Positions 1 through 9,045 of a stretch of 64,000 bases of DNA are shown piece after piece. Every line of letters starts with the position of its first letter. Position 1 is the stretch's first letter. Origin of the DNA: Gammaproteobacteria bacterium (GTDB lineage Bacteria > Pseudomonadota > Gammaproteobacteria > UBA4575). The notes beneath the pieces are model-generated. The model had not been told where the DNA came from, did not search any database, and saw nothing but the letters and a program-made list of their open reading frames with translations. The stretch is taken from assembly GCA_965243395.1 (NCBI GenBank), contig CBDEUS010000002.1:672001-736000 (forward strand), in the 5' to 3' direction. A program made the position numbers and the translations under genes.

Positions 1-1
1 C

Positions 2-79
2 CACAACAAAATTCTTGAAGATACAGCAAAAGAAGTGGAAGAAGAGATTATACAAATGTTAGAAGAAGCAAAAGCTTGA
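2..79 (+). CDS. 3' end of a CDS entering from upstream (…HNKILEDTAKEVEEEIIQMLEEAKA*)
   Basis: Open frame from the window edge to TGA at 77-79, just before the next gene's RBS. Product not identifiable. Confidence 0.55.
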   Translation, partial: HNKILEDTAKEVEEEIIQMLEEAKA

Positions 80-109
80 ACACTTTTTGAAGTGTTGGAG
101 GTTATAGAT

Positions 110-649
110 ATGAAACCCATTCTAGATAAATTACATACAGACCATAAAAATTTTATGAAATTACTAAAATTTTTAGAACAACAATTACAAATATTAATGG
201 ACTGCGGCCACTCTGATTTTGAGCTTACGCTTGATGCAATAAGGTATATGAAAGAGTATCCGGATCTAATTCACCATCCTTTAGAGAATGTAGTTTTTAA
301 ATATTTTCTTGAGCATCATAAAGAAGTTTATGATGAACTTACTGCATTGCTACATGAACATGAAGAAATGCCTGCTCTTACAGAAAAACTATTAGAGATG
401 CTTCAAAATACATTGTCTGGTGTTCCACAAGAAAGAGAACGATTATGTAGTTATTTAAAAGAATATATTGCTAAACAAATTGAGCATATGAATCGTGAAG
501 AAGCTCAAGTATATCCAGTGATAAATTCAACACTTACAGATAAAGAATGGTCGGAAATTAAAAGTGATTTGGAAAATGTTGACGATCCCTTATTTGGGAG
601 AAATATTAAAAAGTCATATCAAGCCTTATTACAAAAGGTAGTTGGCTAA
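110..649 (+). CDS. Hemerythrin/HHE cation-binding domain protein
   Basis: LHTDH, HHPLENVVF, LLHEHEE and HMNREE motifs. GGAGG at 97-101 favours ATG 110 over GTG 92. Confidence 0.8.
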   Translation: MKPILDKLHTDHKNFMKLLKFLEQQLQILMDCGHSDFELTLDAIRYMKEYPDLIHHPLENVVFKYFLEHHKEVYDELTALLHEHEEMPALTEKLLEMLQNTLSGVPQERERLCSYLKEYIAKQIEHMNREEAQVYPVINSTLTDKEWSEIKSDLENVDDPLFGRNIKKSYQALLQKVVG

Positions 650-693
650 ATTACAAGCTGCTTTGCATATTAAACTATTCAACTTTGATCAGA

Positions 694-720
694 TGCAACT
701 TTCGGGTTGCAACTTTTTTT
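694..720 (+). terminator. Intrinsic terminator
   Basis: TGCAACT-TTCG-GGTTGCA hairpin followed by a T run, between convergent genes. Confidence 0.7.
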
Positions 721-735
721 CACACATCCATATGT

Positions 736-1479
736 TTACCAATAGCTTTCGGTTGTAATATGTCCGGGTGATCTACGTAAGTTTTTCTTTAAACCTTTTT
801 CATTAAGTGCATTGCGTGTATCCGTTAACATATCCGGATTTCCACACATCATTACTTGAGACCATTCAGGTGATATCTGCAAATTGACCTTTTCTTCTAA
901 ACTTCCATTCTCAATAGCAGCAGGAATACGTCCAGGTAATGCAAAATCGGTTTCTTCTCTGCTTACAAACGGAATCATTTTGAATTTCTGTTTAAATTTG
1001 TTCTCAAAAGTTGCGATTGTATCCTGGTAGGTTAGTTCTTTTGCGAACCGTACCGCGTGCACTAAAACAATGTTTTCAAAACGTTGCCATACTTCTTCTG
1101 ATTTAAGAATGGATAAAAATGGGCCGAGTGCCGTTCCTGTTGAAAGCATCCACATATCACGTCCTTCAGGTACCTCGTTTAAGGTAAAAAAACCATTAGG
1201 ACGTTTATCGATAAAAATAGGATCACCAGCACGAAGCTCAGCCAGTCTAGGTGACAAAGGTCCTTCGGAAACTGTGATTGAATAAAACTCTAAAAGTGAT
1301 TCATGTGGAGCATTTACAAATGAGTAAGGCCGTCCCACGATTTGATCATCTATTTGTAAACCCAATCTTCCGTACTGACCTGCTACAAATGGTTCAATCT
1401 TAGCTTCAATGCGAAGAGAATAAAGCAGTTCAGTCCAATGCTTATTCTCAATTACTTTCCCTTCTACCCAATTACTCAT
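736..1479 (-). CDS. fpr: Ferredoxin/flavodoxin-NADP+ reductase
   Basis: RPYS, GPLS, LSTGTALGPF and MCGNP motifs and a C-terminal ESYW typical of bacterial Fpr. Confidence 0.93.
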   Translation of the reverse strand: MSNWVEGKVIENKHWTELLYSLRIEAKIEPFVAGQYGRLGLQIDDQIVGRPYSFVNAPHESLLEFYSITVSEGPLSPRLAELRAGDPIFIDKRPNGFFTLNEVPEGRDMWMLSTGTALGPFLSILKSEEVWQRFENIVLVHAVRFAKELTYQDTIATFENKFKQKFKMIPFVSREETDFALPGRIPAAIENGSLEEKVNLQISPEWSQVMMCGNPDMLTDTRNALNEKGLKKNLRRSPGHITTESYW

Positions 1480-1626
1480 ATGAGTCAGCTTTAAAAAATC
1501 GTAGCGTTAAAACAGGATCACGCAACATAGTGCTGCAGTTACTAAAAAGCAACTATTCATGCATAGATATAAACCTATTATTGCTCGGTGTGTGCTGTAC
1601 TTAAGTGTAATATGAAAATTAATTAA

Positions 1627-2265
1627 TTACTTACTTACAGGCATGTTTGACTCAGGAGGTTTACCATTAAACCGATCTACAAAAAACTGAATGATACGTT
1701 TAATTCCACGCCAAAGTTTTGGTAGAAGCCAGATTATTAGCAAGATGAAAGCTGCAAGTAATGCAATGAAGATGTATGGATGCTCAATTGCAGCCCATAT
1801 TCCCGCAAACACAGCAATATCTTCCAGTAATGATGCAGTCCAATTGCTAACAGGTTCTGGTGAAGTATTAATCATCACGCGACTACCTGCTTTAGCAAAA
1901 TGAGTACCAGCAGCGATGCTACCGCCGACTATTGCTGCTGCTAATTCGGCAGCCGGAGATACATCACCTATTGCTCCGGCAGCAAGTAATGCACCTGCGG
2001 GAATGCGTACAAAAGTGTGTAAAGTATCCCAGCCTGTATCTACACCAGGTACTTTGTCGGCAAAAAATTCAACACCATACATCAAGGCTGCAGCCGCTAT
2101 AACTAGGGGGTCGCCAATGATTTGCAGGTCAGTTGGTAAGTCTACATAGCCCGTGTTCGACATAATGCCGAGCGCCAGTAATGTGCCATATAGATTTATA
2201 CCACTTGCCCAGGCTACTCCCATGGTGAGAGCTATGGTTTGTACCAGTGTTGAATATTCTTCCAT
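1627..2265 (-). CDS. DUF4126-like membrane protein
   Basis: WASGINLY, EFFADKVPGVDTGWD and SLLEDI motifs with hydrophobic segments. Confidence 0.75.
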   Translation of the reverse strand: MEEYSTLVQTIALTMGVAWASGINLYGTLLALGIMSNTGYVDLPTDLQIIGDPLVIAAAALMYGVEFFADKVPGVDTGWDTLHTFVRIPAGALLAAGAIGDVSPAAELAAAIVGGSIAAGTHFAKAGSRVMINTSPEPVSNWTASLLEDIAVFAGIWAAIEHPYIFIALLAAFILLIIWLLPKLWRGIKRIIQFFVDRFNGKPPESNMPVSK

Positions 2266-2449
2266 TATTAACCCTTACCTTGTTTCAGCTAGTTACTTAT
2301 TAAGACTGCAAAAAATCAAATTAGTGCCTTAGCTTACAAAAGCTTAGCGTAAATTCCTGTTAACAATAAAGGTAAATTTTTCAAGGTTAATCTTGAATTC
2401 CTTCTATGAAGACCCCATATTTTAAGTTTATGCAAATGAAGATGTTAAT

Positions 2450-2782
2450 TTAATAAGGTGTCAGACAAATTTGTATACGGTTATTTTCAATACGAACAGG
2501 ATAGCGTTGTAGGGCTTCTGTTGCGGGCTCTTCCATTGGTTTGCCAGTGCGTACATTAAAACGACTTCCGTGTAAGGTGCAACTTATCAATTCACCTTTT
2601 AGACAGCCAAGTGATAATGAAGAATCTTCGTGGGTACACATATCATCAACAGCATATAGCTTACCTTCAACATTAACCAGTAAGATGTCCCCTATCTCAG
2701 TATTAATTTTTTTTGTTGCGCCAATAGGCAAGTTATTCGTTGACATAATGTCAATAAAAGTAAGTTCATCATTCATGAGCAA
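2450..2782 (-). CDS. Rieske-type [2Fe-2S] ferredoxin
   Basis: CTH-x16-CTLHGSRF Rieske motif in a protein of about 110 aa. Confidence 0.88.
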   Translation of the reverse strand: MLMNDELTFIDIMSTNNLPIGATKKINTEIGDILLVNVEGKLYAVDDMCTHEDSSLSLGCLKGELISCTLHGSRFNVRTGKPMEEPATEALQRYPVRIENNRIQICLTPY

Positions 2783-2811
2783 TAAATTAAAAAGAGTTAA
2801 CGTATCTAATC

Positions 2812-3051
2812 ATGCCGTACTTTATATATAAAATCACTTCCGGTTCTGCAGGAGCAATTAAGAGTCTTGAACTTATTGATCAGTATGATGCATTTAAACC
2901 TGCTAAAAAATATATACGTGAAAAACGGCCTGAAGTTGAAACGGATAGCCGTACTACTTTAAAAATGATATTTGCGGAAACAGAGTTTGAAGCCGAGCAA
3001 CGTCTAAGTACACCACGTGAAGCACCTATTTTACGTGAATGGGAAAAATAA
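2812..3051 (+). CDS. Small hypothetical protein
   Basis: ATG start, protein-like composition, first gene of a same-strand run. Confidence 0.65.
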   Translation: MPYFIYKITSGSAGAIKSLELIDQYDAFKPAKKYIREKRPEVETDSRTTLKMIFAETEFEAEQRLSTPREAPILREWEK

Positions 3052-3077
3052 ATTTGCAGCATTCATGGTTATAAATT

Positions 3078-3533
3078 GTGGATGAGCAACAGTATAGAAA
3101 CACCTATAGCAGTATAAATCCTCAACGCTGCGTATTTGAAAAAGCAATTAACTCTCGCGTTTGTAATTGTAATCGATCACAACGTTTTAATTTAGCAGAT
3201 CGCGAGGGAGTTGCATGTAAATCTGAATTTGCGCTTAAACGCTGTAACAAATTACTTCGTTCCTTACATGAAAATGCACGTTTTGCTTTACAACGTCTTG
3301 ATATCAATCAATTAGGCCATGCACAAGAAATTAAAATACAAAATGGTGGTTTGATCGGGCTGCAGAAAGAGATGGGGAACACAAAAGAAGAAAAAGTAAT
3401 TGATATCGATACAGTCATCGAAAAGGCTGAAAATCAATATGGTAGCGTTGAGAAATTTCCCTATTCGCAAATTATGCAAGTAGTCAGTGCATATCAGATC
3501 CGTACGAAAAAAATTAAGCGAGGAAAATCATAA
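3078..3533 (+). CDS. Hypothetical 4-Cys protein, paralogue of 37429-37857
   Basis: C-x12-C-x15-C-x8-C and KIQxGGLxxLQK motifs shared with the 37429 ORF. Confidence 0.75.
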   Translation: MDEQQYRNTYSSINPQRCVFEKAINSRVCNCNRSQRFNLADREGVACKSEFALKRCNKLLRSLHENARFALQRLDINQLGHAQEIKIQNGGLIGLQKEMGNTKEEKVIDIDTVIEKAENQYGSVEKFPYSQIMQVVSAYQIRTKKIKRGKS

Positions 3534-3541
3534 AATACGTT

Positions 3542-4135
3542 ATGGCACGCGTAACAAAATTAGATAATTTACTAAATGAAGTTAGAGCTTGTCGTATCTG
3601 TGAAACTGAGCTGCCATTAGGACCCAATCCTATTTTACGCGCTAAGCGCAGTGCTAAAATACTTATTGTGGGTCAAGCACCTGGGGTAAAAGTGCATGAA
3701 TCTGGGATACCATGGAATGATCCCAGCGGTAAACGTTTGCGTGAATGGATGAAGGTTGATGAACAAACTTTCTATGATCCAGCTAAGGTTGCTATCATTC
3801 CTATGGGGTTTTGCTATCCTGGTAAAGGGTCATCGGGTGATTTGCCACCGCGTGAAGAATGTGCACCCATGTGGCATAAAAAGTTATTGACACATTTACC
3901 AAATATAAAGACGACACTACTTATTGGCCAGTATGCGCAGAAGTATTATTTGAGTGACAGTAAAAGCGCTAGCGTTACAGAGACTGTAATGAACTGGAAG
4001 CACTACATGCCTGACTATTTTCCATTACCACATCCTTCCCCCCGAAATACATTGTGGCTGAAGAAAAACTCTTGGTTTGAACAAAAAACTATTCCTCAGT
4101 TGCGAAAGTACTTACGTGCGGCGTTGAAAGAGTAG
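3542..4135 (+). CDS. Uracil-DNA glycosylase superfamily protein
   Basis: CxxC, IVGQAPG, GFCYPG and LPHPSPRN motifs. Confidence 0.88.
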   Translation: MARVTKLDNLLNEVRACRICETELPLGPNPILRAKRSAKILIVGQAPGVKVHESGIPWNDPSGKRLREWMKVDEQTFYDPAKVAIIPMGFCYPGKGSSGDLPPREECAPMWHKKLLTHLPNIKTTLLIGQYAQKYYLSDSKSASVTETVMNWKHYMPDYFPLPHPSPRNTLWLKKNSWFEQKTIPQLRKYLRAALKE

Positions 4136-4137
4136 CT

Positions 4138-4542
4138 TTGTTTAAGGAGTTAGTTATGACAGAAAATGAAACTCAAGCAGAACATTCTCAAATACTAAGT
4201 ACTGGAATTAAGAATTATGAAAATTTAAAAGACATCACGACACTTGTGTATCTTTTACAGGCCATTGCATTTGTTGGATTTACACCTGTAATAGGCGTAA
4301 TTATTAATTATTTCAAAAAAAGCGAAGTGACTGGGTCCATTCTTGAAAGCCACTTTCGTTGGCAGATTAGAACTTTTTGGTGGGGCCTATTGTGGTTTAG
4401 CCTGGCAAGTTTTTTAATTTTTACTTGGATCGGTATGCCCATTGGTTATCCTATGCTTGCTATTTTGTTTGTTTGGTGGGCTTACCGCGTGGTAAGAGGT
4501 TGGCTCAGGCTAAATAAAGGTCGCCCCATGTATACGTCTTAA
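4138..4542 (+). CDS. DUF4870-like membrane protein (true start may be ATG 4156)
   Basis: ESHFRWQIRTFW motif and 3-4 TM segments. Confidence 0.75.
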   Translation: MFKELVMTENETQAEHSQILSTGIKNYENLKDITTLVYLLQAIAFVGFTPVIGVIINYFKKSEVTGSILESHFRWQIRTFWWGLLWFSLASFLIFTWIGMPIGYPMLAILFVWWAYRVVRGWLRLNKGRPMYTS

Positions 4543-4697
4543 TAGACCTACCGTTTATCCTGTACTTGATAATAATACCTATACAAAACATGTACTTATA
4601 GAATTTTTAAGAATCTATCTATATCGGTATATTATAAAACTCTAATATATTGATTATCATTAACTCATTAAAGTTTTAAACATATTTTTTTGAGGTA

Positions 4698-4844
4698 ATG
4701 AACATGGAAGACATTAAAATTAAAAATCACATGAGTGAAATATACGGTTCAATTAATGATTACACCGTTTCACTTTGGGTTGAAACTGCAGGATTAGTTG
4801 CATTTTTGTCTGTCGTTTTTTGGGCAACAATTATATTATTCTAA
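4698..4844 (+). CDS. Unannotated 48-aa small membrane protein
   Basis: GAGG RBS at 4692-4695, ATG 4698, hydrophobic C-terminal helix, TAA at 4842-4844, followed by a strong terminator. Confidence 0.6.
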   Translation: MNMEDIKIKNHMSEIYGSINDYTVSLWVETAGLVAFLSVVFWATIILF

Positions 4845-4881
4845 AATTCAAAGGAAGAAACTACATACACGGATAGTTTAG

Positions 4882-4918
4882 GCCAGTAGTGGTGTTTTCA
4901 TCACTACTGGCTTTTTTT
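4882..4918 (+). terminator. Intrinsic terminator
   Basis: 13-bp stem GCCAGTAGTGGTG/CATCACTACTGGC with a TTTT loop, then T7. Confidence 0.85.
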
Positions 4919-5054
4919 ATTGCCTTTCAGGCCATTTGAGGAGCTAACATTTTTCAAAAAATCATTATTTTTATTTGGAACTAGCCATTATTTAGAAGCT
5001 CTAAATTCAAGCTACTAAGCATAAGAATTTAACAACAAATTTAGCTACAAGAAT

Positions 5055-5864
5055 ATGAAGTTCCTCAAGACTATTCTTTGCCTGCTGACATTTACTTCAT
5101 CGTCCTTCGTTCACGCTGATACTGTTCTACTGTTGCATGGATATTTGGGCTCCAGTTATGAGTGGCAGCGTGCAGGGATCGTTACACAACTTGATTCTGC
5201 AGGTTGGCAAGATGCAGGTGTGTTATCGATTAAACAAGACCGTGTAATAGCGGATCAAATACATCCTTCGTCAGTACGACGCACATACAGACTAGAGTTA
5301 GTAAGCGATGAATCTATTGATTCTCAGGCAGGACAGCTAGAACGTTACATCGAATATATCCGTCATAAACACACAGACGAACAAATTATTTTAGTCGGCC
5401 ATTCTGCTGGTGGTGTAGTTGCACGTTTATATATGGTGAAAAACCCAAGAGAAGATATTAGTGCACTAATTACCATAGCAAGCCCACACTTAGGGACTAA
5501 AAATGCGGAATATGCTCAAGCCATATCTGAAAATTTATTAGTGTGGGTGGAAGGTATTCCTGGAATGGGAAAATTATACCGTTCTCAAGGATTATTTTTT
5601 GATTTGATTCCAAATCGTTCAGATAATTTAATAGGGTGGTTAAACTATCAAGAACACCCGCAAGCACGTTATTACTCTATTGTAAGAAATGAAACAGATG
5701 GTGCTGTACAAGATTTTGTTGTGCCTAGTTGGAGTCAAGATATGAATCAGGTATTTGCATTACGAGGAAGAAGCACAAGCTATACAGTTGATAGCATGCA
5801 TAGTTTAACATCCGAGGACGCAGAGATTTTAACGATTATTCTTTTCGATCTTTATACAGTCTAA
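5055..5864 (+). CDS. Secreted alpha/beta hydrolase (lipase/esterase-like)
   Basis: Signal peptide, LLHGYLG, GHSAGG nucleophile elbow and ASPHLG. Confidence 0.85.
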   Translation: MKFLKTILCLLTFTSSSFVHADTVLLLHGYLGSSYEWQRAGIVTQLDSAGWQDAGVLSIKQDRVIADQIHPSSVRRTYRLELVSDESIDSQAGQLERYIEYIRHKHTDEQIILVGHSAGGVVARLYMVKNPREDISALITIASPHLGTKNAEYAQAISENLLVWVEGIPGMGKLYRSQGLFFDLIPNRSDNLIGWLNYQEHPQARYYSIVRNETDGAVQDFVVPSWSQDMNQVFALRGRSTSYTVDSMHSLTSEDAEILTIILFDLYTV

Positions 5865-6410
5865 ATGCATTCAAAGCATTCAAAAAAAATATTAATTAGA
5901 ATTTATTTATTAATTAGCATTTATTTAGGGGTTACATTAATCATTTCTGCATGTGTTGCGCCTAGTGTAAATATAAAAAAAGACACTACGAATATACATG
6001 CATCAAAGGCCAGTTCGATTCAACATCAATTTTTAAATGCTGTTAACAATGTTAGATCAAAATCAAGGAAATGCGGCCAAGAAAAATTTCCTGCTGCACC
6101 TGCTCTTCGATTAAATAATGAATTAAATCGTGCTGCTTATAAGCATTCTTTAGATATGTACGAAAATCAGTTTTTAGATCACATAAGCTCTAACGGTGAT
6201 ACCTTGGTCGAACGGATGCAGCAAGTAGATTATTTATGGCGTGCTGTAGGAGAAAATATTGCACACAATCAAAAAAGCATAAATCAAGTAATCGATGATT
6301 GGTTAAGCAGCCCTGGCCATTGCAGTAATTTGATGTCCGACCAATTTACGGAGACAGGTGTAGCTCAAGTGAAGTATTACTGGACTCAGGTATATGCTAC
6401 ACCCGAATAA
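5865..6410 (+). CDS. CAP/SCP domain protein
   Basis: HSLDM, GENIA, WLSSPGHCSN and YWTQ motifs with an N-terminal hydrophobic segment. Confidence 0.88.
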   Translation: MHSKHSKKILIRIYLLISIYLGVTLIISACVAPSVNIKKDTTNIHASKASSIQHQFLNAVNNVRSKSRKCGQEKFPAAPALRLNNELNRAAYKHSLDMYENQFLDHISSNGDTLVERMQQVDYLWRAVGENIAHNQKSINQVIDDWLSSPGHCSNLMSDQFTETGVAQVKYYWTQVYATPE

Positions 6411-6728
6411 TTAATCTCGTGCGCGCCCCATGGCATCTTTTGCAATTTCATTTGCATAGAATTCACGTATCTGTTCTACGGGTTCTATACGGTTTGCGCC
6501 TGAACCGGTTAAACATTGATCTTTTCTATCTACCGCCCACATAACATAAGCCGTAAATCCTACAAAGTCTTCAGGAAACTGATCTTTATGTGGGATACCG
6601 GTATGTTCCACACGGTCACCTTTTAATTCTTTTTTGATTCGTGCTAACTCATCTTTAAGATCATTTACATCTTCACCATCCCATTGGCCAACTACTTCGC
6701 CTTTTCTACTTATAATATCGTTTGACAT
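6411..6728 (-). CDS. Hypothetical protein
   Basis: AGGA RBS before the ATG and protein-like composition. Confidence 0.7.
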   Translation of the reverse strand: MSNDIISRKGEVVGQWDGEDVNDLKDELARIKKELKGDRVEHTGIPHKDQFPEDFVGFTAYVMWAVDRKDQCLTGSGANRIEPVEQIREFYANEIAKDAMGRARD

Positions 6729-7235
6729 AAAAATTCCTGTTAATTAATGAAATTGTTACTAAATTTTGAGCTATGCATCATCACATTTCAAGCACAAAAA
6801 AGACCATCATTTAATTAGTAAAATTGCCTACTATTAGAATGGTTGCTTAATAAGTTAATAAAGCTATCGCTACAGCTAAATTTACAAAATAGTAAAAAAA
6901 CATATTGCAATTCAAATAATCAAAAACACAAATTTATTGAATTTAAATATAGATTTCTATACGGAGGAATTGATAAACAGGTATTAGGTTTATTGATTGT
7001 GTGTGACCACTGACTGTAAAAAATATACCAAATATCGTTTACCTTTATTCACACTATAAATTGTGTAAATGAATGAACCTTATGGTTCTCAAGTTCGAAA
7101 CACAATTAAATTCCTAACTTGCTGCAAATTATTACCAAGTATCGGTTTGCGTCGTACCTTTAGTTAATTCCTTACAGCTAAAAAAGAAAATTACGCCGAT
7201 AGTATTCATACAAACATCCTGGATGACCTGATTGT

Positions 7236-7946
7236 ATGGATACACAAAAATTATTTGTTTTAATTTTGATTTTTCCTCTATTTGGTTTTTCCTCACAATC
7301 TTATTCGTTAATATCTTCCGTAAGAGCAAATCAATTGCACTTACAAGCTGAATTCGGCGATTCAGTTTCTCAACATAAGCTTGCAAATCACTATAACTCT
7401 AAAATTGGAATTTTACGTAAACCGGTGCTTGCAAAAAAATGGTATCGGGCAGCTGCGTTAAATGGGCATATCGAATCACAAAACCATCTTGGATTACTTT
7501 ATCTTGAGTTTAGAAATTATATTGAAGCGAAAGTTTGGTTTGAAAGTGCCGCATCGCATGGCCATGCTCGTGCACATTCAAACTTAGCCGGTATGTACGA
7601 GACAGGAGATGGTGTCTTAATAAATAGAAAAAAAGCTCACTCACTTTACCTAAAGGGTGCCTCTTTGGGAGATGTTCAAGCAATGTATAAGGTGAGTTTA
7701 AATCTCACTTCAGGTGATTTTTTAAAGAAAGATTATTTTAACGGTTGTGTTTGGATTTACCGTGCAGAAAGTTTTCTTAACAAAACAAATGCTAGCAAAA
7801 CATTAGTGCAAGAAATATTAAGCCAAAAACAAAATTGTCAAAAATTACTTTCAAAAACACAAATTATTGATGCACATGAAGCTGCTAGCTATAGTTTTTC
7901 TAAAAATAATGTAAATTTTAAAAAACTGATGAGCTTAACTCATTAA
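7236..7946 (+). CDS. Sel1-like repeat protein with signal peptide
   Basis: Repeated A..W...AA..G...AQ/H..LG/A..Y units. Confidence 0.82.
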   Translation: MDTQKLFVLILIFPLFGFSSQSYSLISSVRANQLHLQAEFGDSVSQHKLANHYNSKIGILRKPVLAKKWYRAAALNGHIESQNHLGLLYLEFRNYIEAKVWFESAASHGHARAHSNLAGMYETGDGVLINRKKAHSLYLKGASLGDVQAMYKVSLNLTSGDFLKKDYFNGCVWIYRAESFLNKTNASKTLVQEILSQKQNCQKLLSKTQIIDAHEAASYSFSKNNVNFKKLMSLTH

Positions 7947-8730
7947 CTGCTACTAACATTTCTGGATCATCTGTTAGCGCTTGAGAAATACAGCTTGAGC
8001 ATGCAGTAACGGGATTTACACCACTGACAATTAACTTCCCTGCATGTACTAATAAGCGTGTACTTGCACCTTCGTCTAAGCCGCTACCTTTTAAGTTGCG
8101 TGTCATTTGAGCAAACTTAACAAGTTGCCGAGCAGTGTTGTTATCTATTTGAGTTTCTTTTTCAATAATTTTTTGTTCCGTAGCAGCGTTAGGGTAGTCA
8201 AACTCTAATGCTACAAAACGTTGACGTGTACTTTGTTTTAGATCTTTTAATACGCTTTGATATCCAGGGTTATAAGAAATAGCCATGCTAAATTCAGGTG
8301 GGGCTTCAAGTAGTTCGCCAAGTTTTTCCATCGGCATCACACGTCGATCATCACAAAGAGGGTGAATCACGACGGTTGTGTCTTTGCGCGCTTCTACAAT
8401 TTCATCTAAGTAGCAAATACCCCCGGCACGAACCGAGCGCGCCAGTGGGCCATCTACCCATACGGTTTCACCACCGGTAACTAAATAGCGTCCCACAAGA
8501 TCGGAGGCTGTTAAATCATCATGACAAGAAACGGTAATGAGGGGGCGCTTCAACTTCCAGGCCATATACTCCATGAAACGAGTTTTCCCACATCCTGTAG
8601 GACCTTTTAGTAGAACAGGTAATTGATTTGAGTAAGCCGCCTCAAAAACATTAATTTCATCACCCACTGGCTCGTAATATGGCTCATCTTTAACGAAATA
8701 TTCTTCTAATTTGAAGGATTTGGCTTGCAT
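7918..8730 (-). CDS. CbbQ/NirQ/NorQ-family MoxR AAA+ ATPase
   Basis: GPTGCGKT Walker A, CYLDEIVEAR, SYNPGYQS, KDLKQSTRQRF and GASTRLL. Confidence 0.92.
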   Translation of the reverse strand: MQAKSFKLEEYFVKDEPYYEPVGDEINVFEAAYSNQLPVLLKGPTGCGKTRFMEYMAWKLKRPLITVSCHDDLTASDLVGRYLVTGGETVWVDGPLARSVRAGGICYLDEIVEARKDTTVVIHPLCDDRRVMPMEKLGELLEAPPEFSMAISYNPGYQSVLKDLKQSTRQRFVALEFDYPNAATEQKIIEKETQIDNNTARQLVKFAQMTRNLKGSGLDEGASTRLLVHAGKLIVSGVNPVTACSSCISQALTDDPEMLVAVNELSSSVF

Positions 8731-8924
8731 GATAGTTTTACTGTTATTTATCTTTAATACTACTTTGTATCAAATAATCTCGCACACTATTACCGTTAAA
8801 AATACATCAGGAAATTTAACTTACTTATACACGCATAACACTTCTATTCGTACAATACATTGGCCCAAAGTAGGATTCTCAAACGCCTTATAAGATTTCA
8901 TAATAATCAGTGATAAATGAATGA

Positions 8925-8945
8925 CTTATATCGCAGTGATATAAG
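8925..8945. promoter_or_regulatory. Inverted repeat, candidate operator between cbbQ-like and aprM
   Basis: Perfect dyad CTTATATC-N5-GATATAAG, about 100 bp upstream of aprM. Confidence 0.45.
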
Positions 8946-9045
8946 GGTACTTAAAACCGCTATAACTATATTTATATTGAATTGTTACGGATTAGCTAGC
9001 AGACTTGTCGGCCCAAAAAAATAACTTTAATGGAAATCTTCAGTA

